The notes under the pieces: model-generated
Databases searched by the model: none
The model's input: the letters and a program-made list of their open reading frames with translations, nothing else
Told to the model about the DNA's origin: nothing
Assembly: GCA_965203295.1 (NCBI GenBank)
Contig: CBDBCZ010000017.1
Coordinates: 224,001 to 288,000, forward strand
DNA from: Nitrospirales bacterium
Lineage (GTDB): Bacteria > Nitrospirota > Nitrospiria > Nitrospirales > UBA8639
Length of the DNA: 64,000 bases
Reading direction: 5' to 3'
Shown here: piece by piece, positions 37,729 through 51,106 of the stretch
How the letters are laid out: each line of letters starts with the position of its first letter
Position numbering within the stretch: position 1 is the first letter of the stretch
Made by a program: the position numbers and the translations under genes

Positions 37729-39290
37729 TTTTACCAGCCGGAGCGCGCGCAGCGCGCGAACGGCTGGTAGAGTAAGCCACTGATGATCGGCCACCAGGTA
37801 TATTCGGACGCGCTAGCGCCGAGCGCGTAAATTACCGGAAGTGGGCGGGGGCTTCGATCGATAGTACTGACCCTTCGCACTTCGGGTTGAAAGTTTGGTG
37901 TTCCTCCGTTGCTTGGTTCTGGAGCTATAAATTCGGACACAGCTATGATCGGACTAAAGTATGTATTGTCGGACACCGCTCCGTGTTTCCTCCCTGAAGC
38001 AACTTTCGGTGATCTTTCTTCATTATTGGGAGGCCCCACTACTATGCTGCTGCACGCCAAGTTTTCGCCATCGTAGCTGCTTTGAGCACGGAGGGGTGTT
38101 ATTGAATGTAGAGCCGTGTCACCCTCTCTATAATCGGACAGTGGATTTTGTCTTTTTTCGGTGTAAGGACGCCAAAACACTCTCCAAACGCTAGGATTTG
38201 GATATCGTTGGAAAGTACAGACACTTAGCAACGCAACGGTGCAAGCCCGATATTCATACGTCGTATGGTTCTCGAGATAGAGTGAGAAAGCGCTATTTGT
38301 CTCGATTCCTTCTAATAATTTTAATGCTGAAGCTTTTAGTGTACGAAATCAGGCAAAACAACTCTATCTCAGGAAGGACACGTCGTATAAACATCAGACT
38401 TGCACCGTTGCTTTGCTAAGTGTCTGTACTTTCCAACGATATCCAAATCCTAGCGTTTGAAGAGTGTTTTGGCGTCCTTACACCGAAAAAAGACAAAATC
38501 CACTGTCCGATTATAGAGAGGGTGACACGGCTCTACATTCAATAACACCCCTCCGTGCTCAAAGCAGCTACGATGGCGAAAACTTGGCGTGCAGCAGCAT
38601 GGTAGTGGGGCCTCCCAATAATGAAGAAAGATCACCGAAAGTTGCTTCAGGGAGGAAACACGGAGCGGTGTCCGACAATACATACTTTTGTCCGATCATA
38701 GCTGTGTCCGAATTTCAACTTTGGAAGGCTATAGCTCCAGAACCAAGCAACGGAGGAACACCAAACTTTCAACCCGAAGTGCGAAGGGTCAGTACTATCG
38801 ATCGAAGCCCCCGCCCACTTCCGGTAATTTACGCGCTCGGCGCTAGCGCGTCCGAATATACCTGGTGGCCGATCATCAGTGGCTTACTCTACTAAGATTG
38901 CTTTACGTTTTCCGCGTCTGTTTGTTTGTTTGTCTGTTTGTGCGTCCGCACTTATCACGTGCGCAATATATTACGTCATACGTTACTATGCAACTGCAGT
39001 GTATAGCAGCTTTTGGAGGTTTGCGGGCCGAGCTACAGCAAATGAAGGTAGTTTTGTGTTGCCTAGATGGCGAAAACGTGGTAGGTAGCCGTAAAAATCC
39101 TGGTTTCTTGGCATATAGCTACTAACTGGAGGCGCATGACGAAACTGCTGAGTCAGCACTTTCGCTGTACCGCTCTAGGAATATAGCATCTCTGGCTCTA
39201 CAGCTGTAGTTTAATAGCTTGGCCTAAGCTGAGCTGTGTGTATTGTACGGGAAAGGTGTCCGGCTGGTTTTTAGACATGAAATGTCAACT
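37729..39290 (+). mobile_element. Non-autonomous Helentron/DINE-like element
   Basis: Starts in a T run; asymmetric subTIR ACCAGCCGGA / TCCGGCTGGT (39259); (GTTT/GTCT)n at ~38915-38941; 3' hairpin GACAT-GAA-ATGTC. The empty site is visible in the paralogous unit at ~45701-45726. Confidence 0.7.
37770..38889. mobile_element. Foldback element with ~500-bp TIRs nested in the DINE-like element
   Basis: GAGTAAGCC...GGCTTACTC termini with TA on both sides; arms ~37770-38283 and ~38361-38889, near-identical over most of their length. Confidence 0.85.
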
Positions 39291-39502
39291 TCTACATGTG
39301 TTGTATCCCGTAGGTAGTGTAACATTATTTACAGCTGTATAAGACATACTGTGTTTAGGCATTCATACAATACCAAAATTAATATCAATACATAATATAA
39401 CCAGCTATAGCTAAGAAGTTATTATTGCCTAAAACACTACATGTAGTTCACTGTCTCTGAAAGGCTATATAATATATAGGCCACAGCCAGTTTTCAGTGC
39501 AA

Positions 39503-42247
39503 TCATTCATCACTGGTACCGGTGAAAACATACTCCCCTGAATCTGGGTCTTGAGAGAGGTTCACCACTAACCCACACGGAAACTTATCGAGATCAAACT
39601 TCGTTGGAGACTTGACATTATCAGGGTTGAATATATTTCCAGCACTTACTTCCTGAACCACTCCAAACGACAGACTATTCTGCAATTGATATTGCACTGT
39701 TGTACCGATGCGCACATCTGGCTGAACCACCAGTAGAGCATCATCCTTGTACAGGCCAATGTTGTACACTCCATTGCAGGGAGATGTGGCGGCATTTTTC
39801 ACCACAAAATTTCCGTCAGGGTTTGACTCTGCAGAAACTGCAATCAGAAAACAGCACAATGCACTAAATAATTCAAGTACATTGTACTGTGTACTATATG
39901 ACCCTTCTATATTCAGTCTGTTTTGCACATTGTGTATACATTCCTTAACTCTTTACCAACCAATGACGCATACCGTAAAATCTGATAAATAACCGCCCCC
40001 TTAAAGGTAACCGCCCCTCTAGTATAACCGATCAATTTACTGCAACAACAGTTTACTCACGTGTAAAACCTTCTACGTAAACATGACCGCCCATAATTTA
40101 CACGCGCAGCCCAGGCAGGAAATTGAATCTGTAAAATTAATAGCGTTTGCACGCGTGAATGTCTAGCAAGCAGAGCGTGTAGCTAATACGTGGAACACGA
40201 CCGAACAGAACAGCGACGAGAATCAGACTGTAAAAACTAAGAAGTCGGCGTTAGTCGTAGCGAGAAAACCCTAGCTACGGTTAGTGGAGGGTTCTGGGAA
40301 CGAGACTAAGCTACGGTAGCTAAGGTAACGCTATGGAGCTGTTCAGCTTGCCTGTCTGAAGGCTTCCTACCTCACATCTACCGGGTTGATCTCAACGTAG
40401 AGGATGTTTCTGTAAATCTGCCACGCTATTAACGGTTGTTTGCAAAAATAACCGATCTGTGATTATACCCGCCCATGTAAAAGTAACCGCCCATTGAGGC
40501 TGCTAATTCTAATTATAACCGCCCCCAGTTATTTTTCAGAGTTTACGGTATATGCGTCATGAGCTCCCATAAGCCCATATGAATTTATATGAGGGGTTTA
40601 ATACTAGGCGTTGATACTTTGTACAGGCTTTTTTGCTTCTTTAAGCTGTTTCTTATAGATGGTAAAGGATAATGTGTACACACAATTACTATTGATTGCA
40701 AAACCACATACACCAGGCTAAAAATATATAAAGAATAAGCACGCTTTGTACCTTGATCCACCCACGCAAAACCCTAATGTAGTTGTCACACTCTTATTAA
40801 TAATTAATAATGCGCCTGCTACCAATTTTGCCAGAGGAGGTTGGACGTGCTATGACGACACATAAATGTCACATAACAATGACTGGCTTAAATTGCATTC
40901 TTTACATTTCGCGCGTGATAAAAATCCGTATACCTTCGATATACTAGTACGCTAGCCTTACCTAAAATGCTAGCAGCATGGTTATCTCAGTTTCACGATC
41001 TAGAAGCTCCTGTAGCACTCTCCAAGAGTTTCTGTGACTTGGAAAAGTAGTCAGAGTTTGTTTCTCAGTGCTTCCCGATTTACTGACCTTCTGGAGAGCT
41101 AATAATGCAACATAGGCTGTGTAGAAGTCCACTCAATATTGGTAAGCGGGTACTTAAAGGTCAATTCCAGCCTTGAGTAGTGTTGTTCTGCAAAGATTCC
41201 TACCCGGAAGACTTATACGGTTAATGAAAGTGATGCCTACTAGTGTATAGCTACGATCTACGCCTATAATGTTCGTGAAACCTAGCTTAGTCTACAATAG
41301 TGGCCTTACCGCTACCATTATTCTTTCCCAGATTTCTTCCGAAAAACGCTGGGCGCAGTCAATTTTCTTGAACTATTCAACCAGCACTAACACTATGGTA
41401 CTTAAATCATCTTTGGCATAGTTATTCTTAGGCAGAAGAGAGACTCAAAATCTCTATGGCCATTGCTGTACTTAAGTTAGTCTGGGGGACCCCGCCCCTC
41501 GCGTTAAACGGAGGGTCTGGTACAGACGCCGTAACGATTTTGTCTGTCTCGCAATGCTCATTGTGAGCCAATCAGATTCAAGCTTTGTAAAACGTCATGA
41601 AAAGATTACGTCAATGGTATGGTCTGACCAATCAGATAGTAGGTTCACTGCCGGATCTCTTTCGTTGATTGTCTGCTTGTGTCGTCATAGCACAACGTCC
41701 GCATTCCAGATTGACAGGTCCACTACGGCGTCTGTACCAGACTCTAACTTTCCCGTCGAGAGTCTGGCTACGCGAGACTATACTTAAGTAAGGTCACGAT
41801 GCGCGCGTGGTGCTTGTCCAGCCTCCTCAGCAGTTTTGCCATATTTGGCGACAAACGACCACTATCATAGAAACAGCCAATCACCGAATCGTACTGAAGC
41901 TACAAAAGGGCAGCAAATGATAATGAGGTCAAGGCAAACCTCAGTTATAGCATGCAGCTGCTGAAAGACGCACCTTTTAATACACCGGCGTTGTAAGCGC
42001 TATCTTGTTTAATTTCCCAAGTGCTTCCCGGTTGAGCTGGGAACGGTCCCATCGTAATCTTTACATTGTCTTCAGCGTAGTAGGCTCCGACTCCAGTACT
42101 TGCGGGATACACAAATTCAGCCTTTGTTTGAGCAACCAGGACACGCCATGCTACCTTCGAACCCGTCTCGTAAACGACCACCTGGAAGTTCACAGCGCCA
42201 GTACCGTTGATGTAGGTAATGGGAATGTCTTGCGCTGGTTCAGACAT
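39503..42247 (-). CDS. Family gene B6, ~202 aa
   Basis: Exons 42247-41974 and 39837-39503; intron enlarged by nested insertions relative to B7. Confidence 0.85.
39945..40672. mobile_element. Nested MITEs in the B6 intron
   Basis: The outer element begins at TTAA (related copy at ~23999-24118). The inner element, 39971-40550, has TIR TACCGTAAAATCTGATAAATAAC / GTTATTTTTCAGAGTTTACGGTA. Confidence 0.7.
41478..41780. mobile_element. TAGTCT...AGACTA-ended MITE
   Basis: Internal inverted repeat gtctggtacagacgccgta / tacggcgtctgtaccagac. Similar-ended elements at 56853-57076 and ~59509-59620. Confidence 0.6.
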
Positions 42248-42419
42248 TTTGATCTACGATCGCGTCGTGAACAATAGCTATACAGATGTACACCACTAAG
42301 ACGTCGTGCAAATTGGAGTACTTTATTATCTGAACAGCAGGAAGCTCCCATAAGTCAATTAAATTGACGTAGTCACGCGTGACCAGACTCCGGTCATGCG
42401 AGACGTGCAAGGGTAGTGT

Positions 42420-42885
42420 AATGAAGAGTGGGCGAATAGTGTAATGAAGAGCTCCCCTGAGAGCTGTCCCAGGCCAAAGGTCACATGGAGGGAGGATGGT
42501 CCAATCCTCACTGGCTGGATTGTACTGGAAGATGAGGCTATTATACCGCTACCACAAGCACCTTGATCCAAGTCCAGTCAGGGGACATAGCTACTCTTCT
42601 TTTTATTTCTTACCGGAAGAGTAATAGTCGTACGTATAGCTGGTGCAGCGTTTTCGTGTTACTTTAAATTATGCCAGTACTGGAAACGGTTCCGGTTTCG
42701 GGGTCTGAAATGCAGTTTCTGGTGTGCACATAGCTAATACTCATCCCAAGCCTCAATTTTTTTAGCCTCTTTTTTTTGGCGTACAGTGTTGCCATGATGA
42801 GGTTATTGAAAGCCAACATTAATTCGTGATACTAAGAAGAGTAAATCCTATGGTGAATAGGATGCATGGTGTAGCAAGTCTGCTT
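42420..42885. repeat. Dispersed duplicated block (copies at ~47180-48540 and ~55685-56850)
   Basis: Shared gtcccaggccaaaggtcacatgga...ccagtactggaaac...ggggtctgaaatg sequence. Confidence 0.85.
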
Positions 42886-42889
42886 CTTC

Positions 42890-45515
42890 CTACATAATGC
42901 AGGCATACAGTGAAGGTTCGAGTGAGAATCAGGATGGTTTGACAACACCAAACCTCTTGGTACCACTGTGATGAAGGGGGAAGCTGACCTGAAAGTCAGT
43001 TTGGAAAGCAAGACTTCATGGGAGTTTCTAGTCAGTTTGGGGTGGTTCAACTACATCGAACCTCTTCGAACCACTGTGGTGAAGTGGGAAGCTGGTTGGG
43101 TCAATTCAGGGTGCACCAAACCATCTTGAACCACTGTGATGTAGGAGAAAGCAGGCCTACGCCAACCCTCCTTGGACATATTACCATGGTTACGATTGAA
43201 GCAAGCAATTGGCACTTGTGTTACGTCTAGCTTCACTGCCAAAGCTCGCCATCCTCATAAGCCGGCAGTCATACCAACCATTTTTATTGACGAAAAACAG
43301 TTTTGTGCATGCTTATATGACTGTGAAAAGGATGTGTTAATGATATCGGAAAACAAATTACTAGCCACCTGTCAAGGAGTGGATTGGCATTTCACTGGCT
43401 TGTATTAAAGCACAGGTAAGCAGGGCTACGGCCACGCCTAGACATTACTGCCACTGCTAATCTATAATATTATCGAGATTGTCTCTTCTGCCTAAATGCT
43501 AGCTACACCCCTGGTACTGCTACATAACCTTATGTTCCCATGTCCTGTATCTGTTCAGACTGTTTCTGCAGGAACTGCCCGCTAAAGTAACAAAGTATCC
43601 TGCCCTGATCAAGTCCCAATTGGAAGCGTGTGGCAGACTCGACCACTTCACTGGTCTGAGGGACAATAACGTCAATTGGAACGTAGCACGGTGTCCCTGG
43701 AGTATTAATAATAATACCTTACCTGTACTCCCTATACCACCATCAAAAAGGAGGAGAACCAAAATGGACAGTCCCTGCATTTGAATGTTTACTCTTAATG
43801 AAAACAACAAGATGTTTACAGACGTAAATTATAACGGGTTAGTCAAGTTGTGTAGAAGTTTGCACAGATGCTTGGTTCTAAAAGGTCATCATATATCGGA
43901 GTATTCAAACCTCCCAAAAGTCACTCGAACCTTCCCTGTATGCCTGCATCCCCCTTCGGCACAGTGGTTCGAGGAGGTTCGGTAAGGTCAAACCACCCCA
44001 AACTCAATCGAAGCTTCCCTGTAGGCCTGCTTCCCCCTACATGACAGTGGTTCGAGAAAGTTCTGTGCCGTTGAACCTTTCTGAACCGACTCCAAACTTC
44101 CCTTCCAACCAGCTTCCCCATCATCGCAGTTGTTTGAGGAGGTTTGATGTGGTCGAACCACCCCAAACTAGCTAACTCAAAACTTCCCTGTAGCCCTGCT
44201 TTCCCTGCAGAAAAGTGGTTCGACAAGGTTTGCTGTGGTCGAACTACCCCGTACTCACTCGAACTTGCCCATGCCAGCAGACCTGCTTCCCTTTGTGACA
44301 GTGGTTCAAAGAGGTTCGGTGTAGTCAAACCACCCCAAACTTACTCGAACCTGCCTGTAGGCGTGCTTCTCTCTTTATCACATTGGTTCGAGGTCGAACC
44401 TCCCTGAACTCACTCCAAACTGCCCTTCAGGCCAGCTTCCTCCTTCATCATAGTGGTTCAAGGGGGTTCAGTGTGGTATAACTACCTCAAACTCTCTTCA
44501 ACCTTCCCTGTAGGCCTGCTTCCCCATTCGTCACAGTGGGTCGAGGAGGTTCGGTGGGGTCGAATCACCCCAAAGTCACTCCAATGTTTCCTGTATGCCT
44601 CCTTCTTCCTTCGTCACAGTATTTTGAGGAGTTTCAGTGTATTCGACCTCTCACTCGAATCTTCCCTGTATGCCTGTATCCCCTTCATCACCGTGGTTTA
44701 ATGAGGTTCAGTGAGGTTGAACTGCCAGTAACTCACTCGAATCTTGCCTGTATGCCTGCATTCCCCTTCTACACAGTGGCTTAATGAGGTTCAGTGAGGT
44801 CGAACTGCCAGTAGTTATCTCACTCGAACCTTCCCTGTAGGTCTGCTTCTCTCTACATCACTGTGGTTCGATAAGGTTCGGTGACCCTCCCAGATCTCAC
44901 TCCAAACTTCCCTTCACGCCAGCTTCCCCCTTCATCACAGTGGTTCGAGGGGTTTAGTGCTGTCATACCAGCCCGATCTCATTCTAACCTTCCCTGTATT
45001 CCTGCTTCCCATTCGTCACAGTGATTTGGTGTATTCGAGCCTCCCTGAACTCATTCAAACCTTTCCTGTATGCCTACACCCCCCTTCGTCATAGTGGTTC
45101 GAGGAGGTTTGGTGAGGTCGAACTGCCACAAACACACTTGAAGCTTACCTGTAGGCCTGCTTTCTCCTACACCACAGTGGCTCAAGATGGTTTGGTGCAC
45201 CCTGAATTGACCCAACCAGCTTCCCACTTCACCACAGTGGTTCGAAGAGGTTCGATGTAGTTGTACCACCCCAAACTGACTATAAACACCCATGTACTCT
45301 TGCTTCCCCTACAGAAAAGTGGTTCGAGGAGTTTTGGTGTGGACGAACCACCCTACACTCCTTGAACCTGCCCAGTAGTTCAGCTTCTTCCTTCATGACA
45401 GTCGTTCAAAGGGGTTCAGTCTAGTTAAACCACCCTGAACTGGCTCAAAGCTGCCCTGTAGTCCTGCTTCCCCTGCAGGAAAGTGATTCGAGGGGTTTTG
45501 GTGTGGTCAAACTAC
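42890..45515. repeat. Degenerate ~80-85-bp satellite with an inverted left arm
   Basis: cttccctgtaggcctgcttcccc...cagtggttcgaggaggttcgg units at 43900-45515; 43018-43160 is the reverse complement of ~45155-45295. Confidence 0.8.
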
Positions 45516-45915
45516 TATCCGAGTCTACCTAAAAGCGTTGAAGTGACAAAGTGCAGACTGGAGTTGTAAATTATGTAATGCTGATGTCATGTCTCCTTGT
45601 CAGGTGTCTATTAGTCTGAGTCACTGAAACACCCATGATCAGGTGTTTTCACTCCTGCATTGACGGACTAGCTTAGAGACTTACAATGATGTGATTCAAA
45701 GAGGCCAGTTTTTACTTCTACATGTGTCGTATCCCTTAGGTAGTGTAACATTATTTACAGCTGTATATAAGGCATACTGTGCTTAGGTATACCAAATGTC
45801 GATACATAAATTAAAATATTATAACCAGCTAGCTAAGAAGTTATTATTGCCTAAAACAATACATGTAGTTCATTGTCTCTGGAAGGCTATAGGTCATAGC
45901 CAGTTTTCAGTGCAA

Positions 45916-47014
45916 TCATTGGCCACTGGTACCGGTGAAAACATACTCCCCTGAAGCTGGGTCTTGAGAGAGGTTCACCACTAACCCACATGGGAACTTA
46001 TCAAGATCAAAAGTTGTTGGAGAACCAATGACGTTAATGGGGTCGAATATCTTTCCAATTCTTTCCTTAACCACTGCAAATGACAGACTATTATGCAATT
46101 GAAATTGTACCTCCGTACCAGGTTGCACATCTGGCTGAACCACCAGCAGAGCATCATCCTTGTACAGACCAATGTTGTACACTCCATCGCAGGGAGATTT
46201 GGCGGCATTTTTCACCACAAAATATCCGTCGGGGCTTGACTCTGCAGAAACTGCAATCAGAAAACAACACAATGTACTAAATAATTCAAGTATATTGTAC
46301 TGTGTACCCTTCCGTATATCAGTCTGTTCTGTACATTGTGTACACATTCCTTAAGAATAATATGTACACACAATTACTACTGATTGCAAAACTACAGTTC
46401 ACTGCGTGGGGCATGCAGCTTTGTTCAACACATGCACCAGGCTAGAAATAAAAAATAAGCACGCTTTGTACCTTTGATCCACCCACGTAAAACACTAATG
46501 TAGTAGTCACGCTCTTAATCATTATGCGCCTGCCACCAGTTTTGCCATATTTGGCGACAAACGCCAACTATCATAGAAACAGCCAATCACCGAATCGTAC
46601 TGAAGCTACATAAGAGCAGCAACTGATAACATAGATAATTTTAATGAGGTACTAGCGTTCACTGTACATGTACACGCAGCTGTGCTGTAACTAGGACGAG
46701 GCAAACCTCAGTTATAGCATGCAGCAGCTGAAAAACGCACCTTTTAATACAGCGGCGTTGAAAGCGCTATCTTGTTTAATCTCCCAAGTGCTTCCCGGTT
46801 GAGCTGGGAACGGTCCCATCGTAAACTTTACATTGTCTTCAGCGTAGTAGGCTCCGACTCCAGTACTTGCGGGATACACAAATTCAGCCTTTGTTTGAGC
46901 AACCAGGACACGCCATGCTACCTTCGAACCCGTCTCGTAAACGACCACCTGGAAGTTCACAGCGCCAGTACCGTTGATGTAGGTAATGGGAATGTCTTGC
47001 GCTGGATCAGACAT
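45916..47014 (-). CDS. Family gene B7, ~202 aa
   Basis: Exons 47014-46741 and 46250-45916. Confidence 0.87.
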
Positions 47015-48237
47015 TTTGATCTACGAACGCGCCGTGAACAATAGCTATACAGATGTACACCACTAAGACGTCGTGCAAATTGGAGTACTTTATTATCTGA
47101 ACAACAGGAAGCTCCCATAAGTCAATTATTGACGTAGTCACGCGTGACGTGCGACCTCCTCTGATGCGAGACGTGCGAGGGTAGTGTAATGAAGAGTGGG
47201 CGAATAGTGTAATGAAGAGCTGTCCCAGGCCAAAGGTCACATGGAGGGAGGATGGTCCAATCCTCACTGGCTGGGTTGTACTGGAAGATGAGGCTATTAT
47301 ACCGCTACCACAAGCACCTTGATCCGAGTCCAGTCAGGGGACATACTCTATACTCTTTTTTTTTTTTTCTTACCGAAAGAGCAGTAGTCGTATGTAGTAA
47401 ATAACACTCTGCTGGCGCAGCATTTTTTTGTTACTTCAAATTATGCCAGTACTGGAAACAGTTCCGGTTTCGGGGTCTGAAATGCAGTTTCTGGTGCCGG
47501 TGCACATAGCTAATACTCATCCCAAGCCTCAATTTTTTTTAGCCTTTTATTTTTGGCGTACAGTGTTGCCATGATGAGGTTATTGAAAGCCAACATTAAT
47601 TCGTGATACTAAGAAGAGTAAATCCTGGTCAATCTATGATGAATAGGATGCATGGTGTAGCTAGGTAGCCAGCACCGCTCCAGTGAGTCCAGTCGCTCTT
47701 GGTGACGTCCTCTGGAGACCTTACGTACGAAGTCTGCCTGTGTCTGTGAGTGCCAATAGTTTAAGCATTACAGCAGCAAGATGAGTGTTACTAAAAACTA
47801 TAAAATGTAAATATATTATGCTAATAATGGTAAATCCAAGAAAAATACTTGGTTGCTAGCTATAAGTTATGCATGCAGTTCACCCCGAATCTCACATTAC
47901 TATGGTAGCGAGCTAAATTATAGTTGTTAATAGATTTGGGCCTACATCTGGATGCCCTGAAGTATAAGATGTGAGAAATTAGCTGAATAGAAAATGTTTC
48001 CTTTCCTGCTAATTGCAGCCTGGCAGCCGTACAAATTAAAGGCACCGCTCAACACTACTGTTGCACGCGTAAGTACTGTGTACGGCAGAATTTCCTTGAA
48101 TAATAAGGACATACAACACTATTGACTTGCAGGTGCTCTGCTGCCTTTGCTTTGGCTTGTAGCTCGCTCTCATGTGTCTGGAGAGGTGTTGGCTGCAGAA
48201 TTAGGGTGCTAGAGTGGAGTGTGTGCATGTGTTTGTG

Positions 48238-48303
<66 letters not shown>

Positions 48304-48720
48304 ATGCAAGCACTGCAAGGTGAGAGTTTAGATGGGCTGAGGGCCACTCAGTTACGTGATATGGTAGCGAAACAGGGAAGGGACAGTCCAACATCTGTAT
48401 ATATGATCATGCCTGTGTGTTCATTGTTGGTTACTATAGGCCACTGGAAGCAGTGCAACCAGTGACGCTCTAGTCTCCTCCAGCTTGCTGTACCACACTA
48501 TACCTGTGTCGCACTGTGCATGATGGGGGTGGGTGGATGCCTAACTGATTAAGATGACTGATTTGGGAAGATGTCCAATGCTAATTTTAAGAGAACTAAT
48601 TCTTGAAAACTAAACAACCAGCTAGCTAAGTATTGAGTAAAACACCACTGTCCATTTTATTGTCTTTGAAGGGTTATCTATCAGATCAGTCATATAGCTA
48701 ATTAAATTTCAGTGTAGTAA

Positions 48721-49075
48721 CTAGCTGCTGGAGAAAATGTACTTCCCTCCCTAGGCCTCTGGCTCTTTAGTGAGGGTCACCACTAACCCACACGGGAACT
48801 CTGTGGGAGCCAGAATGTGACATCATAGCGGAAAATGTCTTTAGAAGATGTCATTTTGTCTTTTGGGACCACTCCAAACAACAACCTTGGCTGTAATTGA
48901 AAATTCACCTGGTCACCGGGAGGCACATCCAGTGCTGAACCACCAGCAGATTGCCATTCTTGTACAGACCATGCAATGTACTTTTCATTACTACTTGAAC
49001 AACAGCAGCAGAAACATTGTTTTTCACCACAATAGCTCCATCAGGTTTGGGATCATGGTCAGAAAGGCAACACAA
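48721..49075 (-). pseudogene. Near-complete but frameshifted B2-type last exon
   Basis: DPKPDGAIVVKN...LYKNGNLLVVQ...FQLQPRL...GGKYIFSSS* with indels; the 3' flank matches the B2 flank (~23320-23430). Confidence 0.8.
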
Positions 49076-49735
49076 TGAATGCAGCCCCAAACATTAACTG
49101 CACAATAAACTGAGACCACTATATAATAGCTACTTATACTTAGACCTGCATGTATTTTGTGCTGATTCTACTCAGTATAAGCACCCTAGTTTCCGTGCTT
49201 GACGTAGGCCTCAGAAACCACCAGATGCAACGTTTATTGATTGAAATCTCCTCGGGAAGCATGCTGGTGTCAGGACATAGATCATGCAGATATAGTGCTA
49301 TTATATAGACACCCACATAAACTCTGGAGTACATGTAACGGTACTTCTATTCGGAGACTGCACATTTTTGTGGTACTGTGTCAGATAGACCGCACCCACT
49401 CGTGTGTTATGCGCTATAACCCACTTGTTTACATTTATCCCTCGGCTTCGCCTCGGGATAACCGCAAACTCGTGGGCTACATAACCGCATAACCCACTCT
49501 TTGTATATGCTATACGTAGCTAATGTCAGACTTGTTTATCAAGACTATGTACATGTACATGTGACATGTAATGGCATATCACGACTGGTGGATCCGCCCA
49601 CTCTTCATTATACTACCCTTGCACGTCAGTAATATTATGGTCACAACTTCCTGCTGTTCATATAATGAAATACTCCAATTTGCACGATGTTTTGGTGTAG
49701 ACTAGCTATTGTTCACGACGCGTTCGTAGATCAAA

Positions 49736-51106
49736 ATGTCTGATCCAGCGCAAGACATCCCTGTTACCTACATCAACAGTACTGGCGCGGTGGACTTCCA
49801 GGTGGAACCTTAACCAACGACTACAATATCCGTAGAAAAACGAGTACAACTTCCGGGTCCACCGGTACAAGACATCTCTGTTACCTACATCAACAATACT
49901 GGCGCGGTGGACTTCCAGGTGGTCGTTTATGCGACGAGTTCGAAGGTAGCATGGCGTGTCCTGGTTGCTCAAACAGAGGCTGAATTTGTGTATCACGAAA
50001 GTACTGAAGTCGGAGCCTACTACTTTCAAGACAATGTAAAGATTACGATGGGACCGTTCCCAGCTCAACCGGGAAGCACTTGGGAAATTGAACAAGATAG
50101 CGCTTACAACGCCGCTGTATTAAAAGAAGGTGCGTCTTTCAGCAGCTGTATGCTATAACTGAGGTTTGCCTTGTCCTAGTTACAGCACAGTTGCGTGTAC
50201 AGTGAATGCTATTACCTCATTATTAGTTGCTCTTTTATAGCTTCAGTACGATTCGGTGATTGGCTGTTTCTATGATAGTGGCCGTTTGTCGCCAAATATG
50301 GCAAAACTGGCAGCAGGCACATAATAATTAAGAGCGTGACTACTACATTAGGGTTTTGCGTGGGTGGATCAAAGGTACAAAGTGTGCTTATTTTTTATTT
50401 CTAGCCTGGTGCATGTGTGCTACCCCCAGTGCACTGTGGTTTTGCAATCAGTAGTAATTGTGTGTACACATTAGAAAATTAACTCTAATGGAATGTGTAT
50501 AGGCATGTAGTGCTCAAGGTACAGAACAGACAGTGATGCAGAAAGGTCATTATAGAAAACAGCACTTAGTTATAATGTGGTCGTTTGTCGCCAAAAATAG
50601 CAAAACTGCATTGCACTGTGGTTTTGCAATCATTAGTAGTTGTGTGTACACATTATCCTTAAGGAATGTGTACGCAATGTACAGATCTATAACAGGCTGA
50701 TTTAGAAGGGTACACAGTACAATGTACTTGAATTATTTAGTGCAAAATATTGTGTTGTTTTCTGATTGCAGTTTCTGCAGAATCAAACCCCAACGGAAAT
50801 TTTGTGGTGAAAAATGTCGCCAAATCTCCTTGCAATGGAACGTACAACATTGGTCTGTACAAGGATGATGCTCTACTGGTGGTTCAGCCAGATGTGCGCA
50901 TCGGTACAACAGTGCAATTTCAATTGCAGAATAGTCTGTCGTTTGGAGTGGTTCAGGAAGTAAGTGCTGGAAATATATTCAACCCTGATAACGTCAAGTC
51001 TCCAACAAAGTTTGATCTCGATAAGTTCCCATGTGGGTTAGTGGTGACCCTCTCTCAAGACCCAGCTTCAGGGGAGTATGTTTTCACCGGTACCAGTGGC
51101 GAATGA
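49736..51106 (+). CDS. Family gene B8 (inverted); pseudogene, or gene with a new 117-nt intron
   Basis: ATG at 49736; in-frame TAA at 49811 between two copies of a 55-bp duplication. Splicing 49802-49918 restores the frame; then exon to 50129 and last exon 50772-51106 (~203 aa). Confidence 0.55.

Noticed and set aside
37731..38895. Paired 166-aa and 143-aa ORFs as duplicated genes
   Set aside because: They lie in the two arms of a foldback element, start without ATG and have no recognisable motif.
43018..45293. ORFs in the satellite region
   Set aside because: Chance frames in a degenerate tandem repeat.
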